Source: Octopus sinensis
Lineage: Eukaryota
NCBI RefSeq assembly: GCF_006345805.1
Contig: NC_043012.1
Coordinates: 6,696,001 to 6,760,000, forward strand
Direction: 5' to 3'
DNA length: 64,000 bases
The notes under the pieces were generated by a model. The model saw nothing but the letters and a program-made list of their open reading frames with translations, was not told the origin of the DNA and searched no databases. Below are positions 1 through 13,335 of the stretch, piece by piece (positions within the stretch are counted from its first letter, which is position 1; the number at the start of each line of letters is the position of its first letter). A program made the position numbers and the translations under genes.

Positions 1-127
1 TGTAATTTGAGGGAGATTTAACTACTGTTTCTAACAATTTGATCAATCATGCAGAGAATTACAATATGTTGATTAGAGCCAAATTCAGAATTTCATTAGT
101 AAAATGGAATAAAATCTTCATAATAAT

Positions 128-572
128 ACTCTTTTACTCTTTTAGTTGTTTCAGTCATTTGACTACGACCATGCTGGAGCACTGCCTTTAGTCAAGCAAA
201 TCGAACGCAGGACTTATTCTTTGTAAGCCTAGTACTTATTCTATCGGTCTCTTTTGCTGAACAGCTAAGTTATGAGGACGTAAACACACCAGCACCGGTT
301 GTCAACCGATGTTGGGAGGACAAACACAAACACACACACACACCATCTATATATAATAATATATATCTATTATATATATATATATATATATATAATATAA
401 TATACATATATACATGGGCTTCTTTCAGTTTCCATCTACCAAATACACTCACAGGCTTTGGTCACCTGAGGCTATAGTAGAAGACACTTGCCCAAGTGCC
501 ACGCAGTGGACTGAACCTGGAACCATGTGGTTGGTAAGCAAGCTACTTACCACACAACCACTCCTATGCCTA
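128..572 (-). mobile_element. SINE family B copy
   Basis: Reverse complement of the 19414-19823 element. Confidence 0.8.
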
Positions 573-596
573 TAAATAATAATGATAATGATGATG

Positions 597-675
<79 letters not shown>

Positions 676-712
676 AATAATATAATATAATAATATCATA
701 TAACAATAATTA

Positions 713-758
<46 letters not shown>

Positions 759-1149
759 TAATATAATAATAATAATAATAATATATAATAAATAATATAT
801 ATAATAATAATAATAATAATGATAATCATAAAAACTAATGCAATAATAATATTGATAATAGCAATGTTTTTTTCTTTGTTTTATTGGGGTTTTTTCTCTC
901 TAGCGTCAGCCTCTCTCTCCATCACTGCTTATGTATTTCTTGAGTTAGGTTTCAGTTATTTTGAAAATATCAAAAGTTGTCGAAGTTCTCAGGAACTGGG
1001 AAAGTTCAGCTAAGGGGCTGGGTCTGCAATACAATAGCGCCAAGTACACTTCAAAAGTCACAAACAAGAATAGGATGAGCTTTATAATGGCATGAGGGTA
1101 TAGAGGTACACGAGTACCCACCCTGCAGTGGAAAACAAAACATTTAAGT

Positions 1150-1527
1150 GCAAATGATGGGGATGATGATGATGCTGATGATGAGGATGATGAGGGTGAT
1201 GAGGGTGTTGTTGGTATTGGTGAGGATGATGATGATGATGATGAGGAGGATGATGAGGGTGATGAGGGTGTTGTTGGTATTGGTGAGGATGATGATGATG
1301 ATGATGATGAGGATGATGAGGGTGATGAGGGTGTTGTTGGTATTGGTGAGGATGATGATGATGATGATGATGTTGATCCTTGTGATGGAGAATGTAGTGT
1401 TTATTCGCGATTAAGATGAAATGATTGGAATAATTGAAACAATTTTGATAATTATTGAGATGACAATGATGATGATAATGATAATGATGATGATGATGAT
1501 GATGATGATAATGATAATGATGATGAT

Positions 1528-1575
<48 letters not shown>

Positions 1576-1790
1576 AAGACAAAGATGAAAATGAGGGTGA
1601 TTGCGATGGGTGTGATGATGACGGTGTTGACAATTGCGATGAAAACGATGATTATGAACATGATAATTGGGACACATGCAATAGTGATAATTATGCTGCA
1701 GCTACTGCTGCTGCTGCTGCTGCTACTGATAATGAGGATGATGATGGAGATTATGATGATGACAATATTTATGATGCCCTGCTGTATAAA
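1150..1790 (+). repeat. (ATG)n microsatellite field including a 63-bp higher-order repeat, 3 units
   Basis: GTGTTGTTGGTATTGGTGAG occurs at 1205, 1268 and 1331. Confidence 0.9.
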
Positions 1791-1958
1791 CTAACCTTTA
1801 ATTCTCAGGAGCTGGTGTCTTTCAATGGCATTCCAACCAAACACTCTCTTGTCCCCTTCAACCTTCCCTTTTTTCCTCCTCCTTCTCCTCTTATCCTTCT
1901 TTCTTCTCACCCTTAGATGTAATTTTTCTTGATATCAACCACCCCCAGAATTACAAAG

Positions 1959-1993
<35 letters not shown>

Positions 1994-2799
1994 TTCTTTT
2001 ACTCTTTTACTTGTTTCAGTCATTTGACTGTGGCCATGCTGCAGGACCACCGTTAATCGAACAAATTGACCCCAGGACTTTGTAAGCCTAGTCCTGGGGG
2101 AGACAAACACAGACACACAAACATAAATACATACATATATATATATGACGGGCTTCTTTCAGTTTCCATCAACCAAATTCACTCACAAGCCTTTAGTCAG
2201 CCTGAGTCTCTAGTTGAAGAAACTTGCCCAAGATGCCACACAGTGGGACTGAACCTGGAACCATGTGGTTGGTAAACAAGTTTCTTACCACACAGCCACT
2301 CCTGCACCTATATATATATATATATATAAATGGAGAACACTTTTTATGGGGTTATATATATACAAATTATCTTTTTAGTTTTTATCTTTCGCTTGTCCCC
2401 TGCCAATGTCCCCTGATTGGTTCCCATGCCAGTGGCACGTAAAACGCACTATCTGAGTGTGATCGATGCCAGGCCCGCCTCAGTGGCTTCCGAGCCGGTG
2501 GCACATAAAAAACACCCCCTACACTCTCGGAGTGGTTGGCATTAGGAAGGGCATCCAGCTGTAGAAACACTACCAGATCAGACTGGAGCCTGGTGCAGCC
2601 ACTGGCTCTCCAGACCTCAGTCAAACCGCCCAACCCATGCCAGTATGGAAAACAGATATTAGATGATGATGATGATGATGATGATGCATATGTGAAACTG
2701 TTAATCCACACTTGGAATGAAGACAAGGTACCAATCCACATTTTTATGGATTGATTTCGTAAGTATGAAGTGTTCCAAGCGAATTACACTACAAAATAC

Positions 2800-3070
2800 C
2801 ACATAAAAGACACGAGGATGCCATGAATGGCTCTAAATGGGAAATGGCAGCAACATATGACAAATGAATGCCTCTATGGAGACCTGCTGAAAGTAAGTGA
2901 GAAGATCAGGCAAAGATGGCTGTGTCTCCCTGGTCACCATGTGTGCCACCCTGAGCTGGAAGTGTCCAAATTGGTTTCGTGGAACCCACTTCTCTGTGAT
3001 GCAAGAAGAGGCTGGCCTAGAATGTATCCAGGACAATGATGCAGTGATGATGGACTGAGGAGTGTGACAG
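2800..3070 (+). pseudogene. RTE-like LINE ORF2 C-terminal fragment
   Basis: WQQHMTNECLYGDLLKVSEKIRQRWLCLPGHHVCHPELEVSKLVSWNP...RRGWPRM. Confidence 0.65.
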
Positions 3071-3122
3071 GCAGATTTTATCATTGCAACCTGGGTTGGA
3101 AGCTGGTCATAATAATAATAAT

Positions 3123-3159
<37 letters not shown>

Positions 3160-3814
3160 TTAATTTATGTTCCTGACCCTTACTGAATGATAACCAAGTT
3201 ATTTTACTAAATTCTTTGTTATATTTAAAGTAATTGAAAGAAGCACAGAGCATCTCAAAATAAATACAATAACAAAAGGGTTAAGAATATATCCATCACC
3301 GTCTATTAGTTCATCATCATCATCATCATCGTTTAACGTCCGTTCTCCATGCTAGCATGGGTTGGACGGTTCGACCGGGGATCTGGGAAGCCAGAAGGCT
3401 GCACCAGGCTCGAGTCTTATCTGGCAATGTTTCTACAGCTGGATGCCCTTCCTAACGCCAACCACTCCGTGAGTGTAGTGGGTGCTTTTTATGTGCCACC
3501 TGCACAGGTGCCAGGCGAGGCTGGCAACGACCACGGTCGGATTGGTATTAGTATTAATTTTATTGAGCCCCTATGGAGAGGAATAAAAGACAGAATTAAC
3601 CGTCAGAAGATTCGAACTCAGAATGAAATGGACCAAAGTTAATACTGCAAGCACACTATCATTTCATCACCACCTTTATGAAAGACTACATTAGTAATAT
3701 GTAGCTTTTTCTAGTTTCAGCTCAAGAGCTGTGGCCATGTTGGAGCACCACCATTAGTTTTGTTCTATTTCTACTAATTGAGACCACCTTTGATATATGG
3801 TATATATATGGTAT

Positions 3815-4050
3815 AGGCGGCGAACTGGCAGAAACGTTAGCACGTCGGGCGAAATGCTTTGTGGTATTTCGTCTGCCGCTACGTTCTGAGTTCAAATTCC
3901 GTCGAGGTCGACTTTGCCTTTCATCCTTTGGGGTCGATAAATTAAGTACCAGTTACGCACTGGGGTCGATATAATCGACTTAATCCGTTTGTCTATCCTT
4001 GTTTGTCCCCTCTGTGTTTAGCCCCTTGTGGGTAGTAAAGAAATAGGTAT
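3815..4050 (+). mobile_element. tRNA-derived SINE family A with a Meta/MESC-like central core
   Basis: GGCGGCGAACTGGCAGAAACGTTAGC...GTTCAAATTCC head, then GCCTTTCATCCTTTGGGGTCGATAAATTAAGTACCAG. The similarity to the Meta domain is from recall. Confidence 0.75.
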
Positions 4051-5069
4051 AAAGTGTTGGTCGACCTGAGACTGGAGCTATGGTAGAAGATACTTGCCCA
4101 AGGTACCACACAGTGGGATTGAACTTGAAGCCATATAGTTACAAGACAAGCTTCTTAACCACACAGTCATGCCAAAAAATTATTCAAGAAATCTGTATAA
4201 AACCCAAATGTATATTAAACCTGCATTGCAGACTTAGTCTACCCAAAGGGTTTATCTATGCAACATGTTGCTTACAGAAGAACACCAATTCTTTTGGTTG
4301 GCTGAATGGGTCCTTCGTTATGCTTTACACAATCATAGTTATATTAATTAGGTGCAGGAGTGGGTGTGTGGTAAGAGGTTTGCTTCCCAATCACATGGTT
4401 TTGGGTTTGTCTCACTTTGTGGATCCTTGGGCAAGTGACTTCTGGTATAATGCTGAGTTGACCAAAGTCTTGTGAATGGATTTGGTAAATAGAAACTGAG
4501 AAAAGCCTGTTGCATATACATGTGTGTGTGTGTGTGTGTGCGTGCATGCGTGTGTGTGTGTGTGTGCGTGCGTGTGTATTTTACTGTCTCCTTGCCTGGA
4601 CTTCATTTACTTGTTGTAAACAAAAGTCATTGTAATGCAAGCAGTGTCATTTGTTTCCAGTCTTCCATGAAAACATGTCAGGCCATGGGGGAAATATTAC
4701 CTTGCTCAGAAACAGGTAAGGGTTGGCAACATAAAGGGCAGCCAGCCATAGAGAATCTTCCTCAACAAATTCCTTCTTTCCCATGATTGTGGTTTCGATT
4801 CCTCGACTGGGCGATGCATTGTGTTCTTGAGAAAAATACATAATTTTAAGTTGCTCCAGTTCATTCTGATGGCATAAATGAGTAACCCTGCAACAACAGA
4901 ACATCATCTCAGCCAGGGAAGGAGACATGCATGAGAGTAACCAAGGAAACCGGCTCCTTATGGAGTAATGCAGACTAACTGTGCAAGCATGGAAATGTGG
5001 ACATCACATGATGACAACAGCAATGATGACAAAAAATATTCCAGTGTGATCTCTTCCCTTCTATTTTAC

Positions 5070-5211
5070 CCCTGTCACAAGAGAATTAGAAACCCCAGTC
5101 ACAAGAGAATTAGAAACCCTGTCACAGGAGAATTAGAAACCCCTGTCACAGGAGAATTAGAAACCTCTGTCACAGGAGAATCAGAAACCCCTATCATACA
5201 AGAATTAAAAC
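5070..5211 (+). repeat. 24-bp minisatellite, about 6 units
   Basis: Units CCCTGTCACARGAGAATTAGAAAC start at 5070, 5094, 5118 (23 bp), 5141, 5165 and 5189. Confidence 0.9.
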
Positions 5212-5809
5212 TCAGTAGGGCAAGTTCATTAAATGTTCTTCAAATATTTGAGTACTACTGCTCTAGATACTCTTAGAAAAGGTAAAAGCATTCCATCCTG
5301 GGTTACTAACATGGGTTACTAACATGGCGCTTTGAGAAATGAACTGGTTTGTAGAGAATTTAGTACTTTAGTTTGCTGTGGACATGGTGCAGTGATTATG
5401 TGACAGGAACGAGTCATTGACTCTTTGAATGGTTCAGTCATCTGCACCAACTCTCACCAGTTTCAGTTTGTGTATATTAATTTTGACCCAAGACAGGATG
5501 TGATCGTTATCAGATAATTACTTATTGGAGTCAGGATGTGAGAAGCCATGAGAGACTGGAAGGCAGGATGGATGTAATAACTATGCGATAAGTAATTAGA
5601 TTTTGTTCTAACTGTAGGAATATTATGAAGCTTAGCATACTTAAAAAAACTGTATGTAAGGTAGCTGAATAGATAAATGCACAGGGCCAAACTTCCTTGC
5701 TGTATTTTGTTATGTTATTATAATATTTTTTTAAGTTCAAGCCTCACCAGAGCTGACTTTGCCTTCCACTTTTCATTTACTCTTCCTCTTTCAGTAAAAG
5801 ACAAACCAA

Positions 5810-6830
5810 ATTGACCCTTTTGTTATCAAATTTCTATTGAAAAGCACTGCCTTTGTTTCAATTAATATTGAAGAATTTAGTAAAATAATTTTGTTATTAT
5901 TAAGTTGGTGTTTGGAACATAAATTAACATGAAAATTAAATGGAAAATTTTAAATTTGGATCAGTTTAACTCTTTTGTTACTGTATTTATTTTGAGATGA
6001 TCTGTGTTTCTTTCAATTACTTTAAATATAACAGAGAATTTAGTAAAACAACCTAGTTATCATTAAGTTAGTGTTAGGAACGTAAATTGTGACTAAGGTT
6101 TAGTGGAAGATTTTGATTCAGAACTTATGAAAACAAGACATTTGTACTACAAAGCCAGAACCAGTTCCAGCTGGGTTGGTCATGAAAGGGGTTAACCCTT
6201 TAGAATTTAAACTGTCCATATCCAGCCCAAATATTCTACTTGCTTTATGTTACAACTGGCCAGATACAGCCTTTCACATCAATCCTACGATGTCATTCTA
6301 TAACTAAACAGGTACTACATTGAAATCTCTGAAGTACAAGATAGTTCATGATTAATTCAAAACAATATGAATGAAAAAAAAGGTATCGGAGGGGCACTGC
6401 TTACCCTGCATGCAGATAAAATTTTTTGCAAGTTATAGTGTGGCTTACAATGTGTTTTTAATTGTATTGAATAAATTTTTTTTTTGAATATCACCATTTC
6501 GGTGAAATTAAGAAATCAACTCGTAAATAAATGAAACCCTCGATTCCATAATTGTACACACATACATACACATACAGTCGAATATCTATGTATATATTTA
6601 TGTATGTTTGAAGCTAACCAAACCAAACTTCCATCATTTCAAGCCACTCAACCAATGAGTATTTCTGCCAAATTTGGTGAAAATCCGTTCAGCTGTTTTC
6701 CAGGAATTTTGCAAACACAGAGACAAACAGACCAAGATGAGTGATTACAATACCCTGCTTTTGCTTACATACACAGGGTAATAAATAAGCATTGCTTTTG
6801 ACAGAGCAATCTGGATGCTACAAGCTTAAA
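5810..6830. mobile_element. Stack of piggyBac-like MITEs (TTAACCCTTT...AAAGGGTTAA termini) with a nested insertion at about 6373-6782
   Basis: Termini at 5810, 5966 and 6184-6202. Related pieces lie at 3170-3285, 21330-21500 and 37400-37510. Confidence 0.5.
6373..6782 (+). mobile_element. Helentron/DINE-1-like non-autonomous element (tentative)
   Basis: TTACCCTG (6401) is inverted to CAGGGTAA (6774). A 3' hairpin forms between TACCCTG (6751) and CAGGGTA (6774). It contains an internal microsatellite and interrupts a MITE. Confidence 0.45.
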
Positions 6831-7392
6831 ACAGGAAGTTATTATCATAGAACTAAGGGCAATCTGGGTGGGTTAGTATCAAAATGGTTAATTTTACTGT
6901 ATTTCCCAGCTTCAAAATTGCTTTTTCCTTTATTCTTTTGAAAATTGATGATGTGTCCCAGAGGGTAATGGATGTATTTTTCATGAACAAATTTTAATTC
7001 CAGAGGTGGGTTAATCATGATTGTAAGCCCAATGTCTAACCACTGAGTTATGTACCTTCACATATACGAGGAGAGGGGCTGAAAAGTTGTTGGCTTTAAG
7101 GGTATCATGAAAGGCCTGGCTGGAGGTCCAAACTTCTGAGATCTTTTACAGGGCTTACAAAAACTGATGTTTCACTCATAAATACACACATCGCCTAGCC
7201 TGAGATTCAAACCTGTGATCCCTCGACTGCAAGTTCGCTGCTCTAACCACTAGGCCACATATATATACATATATACACATATATACGCATATAGATAAAA
7301 CGTATGTATGTATATATATATATATATGAAATGTATGCATATATATATATGTTTTTTTTGTTTTTTGTACATTCTCACTATATATATATATG

Positions 7393-8005
7393 CGCGAGAA
7401 GACCCGGCAGGACAAGTGAGTCCATAACCCGTGGCCTTCTACTTGGGATGGAGCCAGCCTATGTATGCATACCTTCCCTTCTTGGGACACAAAACTCTAC
7501 TTGTGAAGACCTGTTGAGGCAAGTGAGGATCAGAATTGAAATCGATCAATGGAAATTGCAGATGTGTTACCAGTGCCGGTGGCATGTCGATACTCTACTT
7601 GTGAAGACCCGTCGAGGCAAGTGAGGATCAGAATGGAAATTGCAGATGTGTTACCAGTGCCGGTGGCATGTAAGAGAACCTTCTGTTTCGCGACCGTTGC
7701 CAGCACCGCCCCGTTTCGTGTCCGTTGCCAGCCTCGCCTGGCCCTTGTGCCGGTGGCACATAAAAAGCACCATCTGTTCGTGGCCGTTTGCCAGCTCTGT
7801 CTGGCACCTGTGCGGGTGGCACGTAAAAAGCACCCACTACACTCACGGAGTGGTTGGCGTTAGGAAGGGCATCCAGCCGTAGAAACACTGCCAGATTTGA
7901 CTGGGCCTGATGAAGCCTTCTGGCTTCACAGACCCCAGTAGAACCGTCCAACCCATGCTAGCATGGAAAACGGACGCTAAACGACGATGATGATGATGAT
8001 GATGA
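7393..8005 (+). mobile_element. RTE LINE 3' end (same family as 33.4-35.1 kb) with an internal tandem duplication
   Basis: Starts with codons for REKTRQDK*, the ORF end seen at 34265. An 80-95 bp unit is repeated at 7494 and 7593. Ends in a (GAT)n tail. Confidence 0.8.
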
Positions 8006-9035
8006 TATATATATAATGTATGTATATATATATATTTGAAAGTGGAAGCTGATAAAAACTGCTGGATTTAATATTAAGAACCAATAAGTTAAACATATTA
8101 CAGTGAATATTTTTTTATCATTACCATTCTTAACATCATCATTTTATTTTTCTTAATAGGCAAAAAAAGGAGGGGGAGGGGGGGAAATCTTCATTCAAAG
8201 TAATTTATATTGAACAATTTTAACAACAAAAATCGATAAAGTATGCTGCTTTGGAGAAGAATCCAAAGAAAGAAGTTTAAAATGTGAATAAAATAAAAAC
8301 CATTCCAAAAAGTAACAAACATCTCTATGTAAGAAGAGAGAGTAAAAGTATTCTACAGAAACCAAATAAAAAACAATCAACAAAGAAAAAACAAAAATCA
8401 AAACAAAAATAAAAACACACTTAATAAAAACAATAGAAGAAAATGACTAATGACTAATGGTAGTGTTATTTTCTGTTTAGTAGAAATTTCGAGCTAATTA
8501 TTCTTCTACTTTTCCAATAAAAATAACATTTAAACGAGAAAGGTTTTCTTTCTTTCTGTAAAATAAAGTAGTCAATTATTCTGAGAATCGCAGATGGCTC
8601 TGTTGAATTATCTGGGATTGGCAGAGTCATGAGAATGGCAGAGGAACTGTTTTGTAGAATTTAGATATGGTTGTTTTCGTTCTCTGAGTTCAAATCTTGC
8701 TAGAGTTGATTTTTTTTTTTGTGTGTGTGTTTCATTCTTTTGTGGTGGAGGCAGTTCATGAAATAAGTGGTCTGAGATGATCTGGGCATTCAATGGCTGT
8801 TTTGGTGGCTGTATGTTTTGGCCTTGGACACTCACACACGCACACACACACATGCGCAGAGAAATATATACATGCAGATAAATTAATAGAGAAAGGGAGA
8901 GAGAGAGAGAAAGAGAGGGAGGGAGAGAGATAGAGAGAGTGAGAGAGAGAAAGCGATGGAGAGAGAGAGGGAAACATTATATGTACATACAAACCATATA
9001 CATACAAACATAACTAGAATTCTCACAAACATAAA

Positions 9036-9074
<39 letters not shown>

Positions 9075-9314
9075 GAGAGTGAGAAAGAAATAGAAAGGAA
9101 GAGAGAAAAAGTTAGAGAGAGAGAGTGAGAGAGAGAGAGAGAGAGAGAGATTGAAAAATTAAAATGTATGAATCAGTGTTGAATCAGTGGTGCCAAATAG
9201 GCAGCACCAAAAGGGCAATGCCCAAATGTCCCATATTCTAAAATAAAGCACCAGTTAAGTACAGAGTTTATTCAATCAGTATTATACTCCAATAACTTGC
9301 TCTGGTAACTTGAA

Positions 9315-9948
9315 TATGTGGTCTGATCAATAAATATCCAGACTGTTGCCATAGTAATGAAGATAAAGCACACAGAGTGAAGCCGCTTGGCACAGATTGG
9401 CCTTGAACTCTGCACTAAGTTTTAATGTTCTAGCTCACTTCCACTGTTTACAGCAGTGCTTGGAAGGAATGTGTGTAGCGTGTCATCGTCGCACTGACCA
9501 TGACAGAGAAAGTTGCCATGGCGATACCTGCTCAGGGGCCTACGCAAAGTTTTCAAAAAGTTTTCATCATTCTCAACTCAATCAACGAGATCTTGTGCAA
9601 TAGAAACCCAAGTGTCCTTTTGGTCAGCTGAAAGAAGTTTTGGGACAAAGATGGCAGACATGTGTCTCATACCCAAATCTTCAGTGATGGACTGAAATTT
9701 GACCATAACTAATTTGCACATTCTCTGATAATTTATGGATGGTGATTCGAGGATTTCCCCTCACAGCTGCACACACAACTGTGATGTTTTTCTCAGTTCT
9801 GCTGGTTTCAGGTCACCCAGAACATTCATCAGTATAGACATTTTTCGGCCATCTTGGAAATATCTGACCCACTTGTACACCTGTGTGCAGCTCATACACT
9901 CTTCTCCATACACCTTCTGCAACTTCGCATTGGCCTCTGAGCAGGTAT
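9315..9948. mobile_element. Mariner-family fragment with internal inversion
   Basis: The plus strand carries the 5' end and MTEKV...GDTCSGAYAK (9315-9551). The minus strand (9948 to 9545) reads TCSEANAKLQKVYGEECMSCTQVYKWVRYFQDG...EDLGMRHMSAIFVPKLL...ENFLKTL, i.e. the HTH region and a WVPHEL-like motif. Confidence 0.75.
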
Positions 9949-9949
9949 G

Positions 9950-10510
9950 ATGATGAATGAAGAAGAAGAGGAATGAAGAAGATGGCGACAATGAAGAAGA
10001 GAAGAAGAAGAGAAGAAGAAGAAGAAGAAGAAGAAGAAGAAGAAAGTGAAGAAGAAGAAGAAGAAGAAGAAGAAGAAGAAGAAGAAGAAGAAGAAGAAGA
10101 AGAAGAAGAAGAAAAAGAAAAACAAGAAAAACAAGAAGAAAAACAAGAAAAACAAGAAAAACAAGAAGAAAAACAAAAAAAGAAGAAATTGAAGAAGAAG
10201 ATGGTGAAGAAGATGATGAATGAAGAAGATGGCAACAATGAAGAAGAAGGAGAAGAAGAAGAAGATGGGGACAATGAAGAAGAAGAAGAAGAAGAAGAAG
10301 AAGATGGGGACAATGAAGAAGAAGGAGAAAGTGAAGAAGAAGATGGTGAAGAAGATGGCGACAATGAAGAAGAAGAAGAAGAAGAAGAAGAAGCAGAAAA
10401 AGAAGAAGAAGAAGAAGAAGAAGAAGAAGAAGAAGAAGAAGAAGAAGAAGAAGAAAAAGAAGAAGAGATTGTAGTTGTTGTTGGTGATGATGAAAATGAT
10501 GAATGATGAC
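9950..10510 (+). repeat. (GAA)n microsatellite with a recurrent GAAGATGGSRACAAT variant
   Basis: Read directly from the sequence. Confidence 0.9.
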
Positions 10511-11379
10511 AAATAAGAAGAAAACAGATTAAAATGACGAAGAAAATGAAAGAAAAATGGAAGAAGTTGATGACAATCACAAGAACAGCAACATGGAATT
10601 GGAATGAGGGAGGAGGGGGAGGAAGAGGAGGAGACAAAGAAGTCGACGATGATGATGATGATGAGGAGGAGGAGGTGGAGGAGGATGTACGAAGAAGAGG
10701 AGAAAAAGATGAAGATTATAAATACTAATTCTTGTCTTGTTTCTTTGCTGTTGCTGTTGTTGTTGTTGTGTGTGTGTGTATGGCTTTCATGTCTATTTTT
10801 CATTGAAAGTATGAAGTAATGTTTAAGGCTGGCTTTAGTTTTAAACAACAACAACAACAACAACAACGACGACAACAACAACAACCACAACGACAACAAC
10901 CACAACAACAACAAAATTAAAAACAAGTTGGAGGACAATGAAATAATTTCCCCAGTAAATCAGTCATGAGTGCATTTGAGTAAAAATCTAACGATGATTT
11001 GTAAATGTTTTACAGATTAATTAATTAAATTAATTAAAAATATGAACAACGCCATATTTCTTGGAATTACTTTTAGTTATTTATTTATTTTTAATTATTC
11101 TTCAGATTTTAGGAATTTTATATTTGGAGATTTTGAAAGTTTTGTGTTTGATGCTTCCAATTATTTAGCAATTGTTAATTCTCTAGTTTATTAAAATAAT
11201 ATCTCATTAACTGTGAGTTGCATTGTTGTCATTGATGATGTTATTGTTGTTGTCGCTGTTGTTGTTGTTGTTGCTGATTAGCCCTCAAGTCAGCTCTGAT
11301 CAAAGAGATATTTGATCAAAGGTTGTTCCAACTATGTTTACCATCCTTGCTTTTCAAGCGCAGTCACCCACCTCCCATC

Positions 11380-11900
11380 TACATTGTCCTTTCTTTTCCA
11401 AGACGGTAAAGACTACATTATCAAATGTATTCTTCCCCTTTTTAAGATAGTAAGAACTACATTGTCAAATGTATCCATACCACTAGCATAGCTAGAGGCG
11501 GGCAGAAGGGGTGGCACCACATTTGGGTCTGCTGTATGCAACATGTATTTTTTTGTGGGGGTGTCTAAGAGCAACAAACTGAAGGGCTGCCCCGGGCAGC
11601 ACACACTCTATCTACCTAGTGATCCTTTCTTTTCTAAAACAGTGAGAACTACATTATCAAAAGAATCCTTGGTTTTTTAAGATAGTAAGGACTACATTAT
11701 CAAGTGTATCCTTCCTTTTTATAAGATAGTAAGGACTACATTATCAAGTATATCCTTACTTATTTATAAGATAGTAAGGACTACATTATCAAGTGTATCC
11801 TTCCTTTTTTTAAGACAGTAAGGTTTACATTATCAAATGTATACTTTCTTTTTAAAACAGTAAGAACTACATTTATGAAATGTATCCCTCTTTTTTATGA
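11380..11900 (+). repeat. About 44-bp minisatellite, interrupted by the MITE
   Basis: Repeated AAGATAGTAAGGACTACATTATCAAGTGTATCCTTCCTTTTT. Confidence 0.85.
11481..11621. mobile_element. 141-bp hAT-like MITE
   Basis: CACTAG...CTAGTG termini extend to imperfect TIRs of about 16 bp. The flanks ATCCATAC / ATCCTTTC match at 6 of 8 positions, consistent with a degenerate 8-bp TSD. Confidence 0.55.
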
Positions 11901-12814
11901 TGGTAGAGCATTGATTTCAGAGAGATTTGACTGTTATGTCTTTAACATCATCATCAATTAACATCCACATTTCCATGCTTGCATGGATCGGATGGAATTT
12001 GTTGAAGCAGATTTTCCATGGCTGGATACTCCTCCTGTTGCTTGCTAACACTCACTTGTTTCCAAACAGGGTAATATTTCAGCATGGAAAGCAAGAAACA
12101 GGCAACACTGATTGTATGACAGTGATGCTTGTTTACAACGAATGCATGATGTCAAAACAATACCAACACACACACACTCACACACACACACACAGACACA
12201 TAATGAAATTCTTTCAGTTTCCATCTACCAAATTCATTTACAAGACTAATAGCCATAAATTTTACTTGTGGGCTAAGGAATGAAAGAATACTTGTCTTCT
12301 GATGGGTTGTCATGTCAGGGCAATCTCCTTTATTTTTCTGCATGAGAAAAAACAAGATATCTTTATCTGTTATCTTTTATTTGTTTCAGTCATGCTGGGG
12401 CACCACCTTGAAATATTATTAGTTGAATGAATTGACCCCAGCACTTTTTTTAAGCCTGGTAATTATTCTGTCAGTCGCTTTTGCTGAACCACTAAGTTAT
12501 GGGGCATAAACACAACAACACCAGTTGTCAAGTGATGGTGGAGGACAAACATAGACACAAAGACACACACCCACACCCACACAAATACACACACACTCAC
12601 ACACACAAACACACACACACACACACATATGTACGATGGACTTCTTTCAGTTTCTGCCTACCAAATCAACTCACAAGGCTTAGGTTGGTCCAAGGCTATA
12701 GTAGAAGACACTTGCCCAAAGTGCCATGCAGTGGGACTGAACCCAGAACCATGTGGTTGGGAAGCAACTTCTTACCACACACACACATGCCGGGGTACTT
12801 TTAGTTTCCGTCTA

Positions 12815-13335
12815 CCATCATTATCATCCTTTAATGTCCGTTTTCCATGCTGGCATGGGTTGGACGGTTTGACAGAGGTCTAGAAAGCCAGTGGCTGCAC
12901 CAGGCTCCAATCTGATCTGGCAATGTTTCTACCCCTGGATGCCCTTCCTAACGCCAACCACTCCAAGAGTGTAGTGGGTGTATTTTACATGCCACCAGCA
13001 CAGGAGCCAGTCAGGCGGGCCTGGCATCGATCATGTTTGGATAGTGCTTTTTACGTGCCACCAACACAGGAGCCAGTCAGGAGGCATTGGCATCGACTGG
13101 GTTTGGATGATGCATTTTATGTGCCACCAGAATGGAAGCCAGTCAGGGGGCACTGGCCAGAGCCATGATATTGGTTTCACTTCACTCAACAGGTCTTCTC
13201 AAGCATATATCGCCCAACACATCAAGGGTACTTTTAAATGGGCCAGACATGCAACACTGGCATCGACCATGGATGCCTGGTCTCCTCAATCACAGCATAT
13301 CTCCAAAGGTCTCGGTCTCCTGTCATTGCCCTAAA
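12815..13335 (-). mobile_element. RTE LINE 3' end
   Basis: Minus strand MTGDRDLWRYAV.. ORF end, repeated GTGGCAYRTAAAAAGCAC modules and a (GAT)n tail. Shorter tails of this family lie at about 2420-2690, 3312-3545, 23870-24128, 36168-36308, 41478-41660, 47280-47395, 48085-48280, 50220-50400, 51760-51950 and 58930-59095. Confidence 0.75.

Noticed and set aside
5070-5211. CRISPR-like regular repeats
   Set aside because: The units are contiguous with no unique spacers, there are no cas genes and the context is eukaryotic.
7185-7260. tRNA-like sequence (also 22136-22210 and 59503-59579)
   Set aside because: A and B boxes are present, but the acceptor and anticodon stems do not pair and each continues into repeat body. 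They are SINE heads, not tRNA genes.
9813-10938. Long ORFs (poly-E, poly-S, poly-F, 177-348 aa)
   Set aside because: These are translations of a (GAA)n tract that is open in several frames on both strands, with no splice context.
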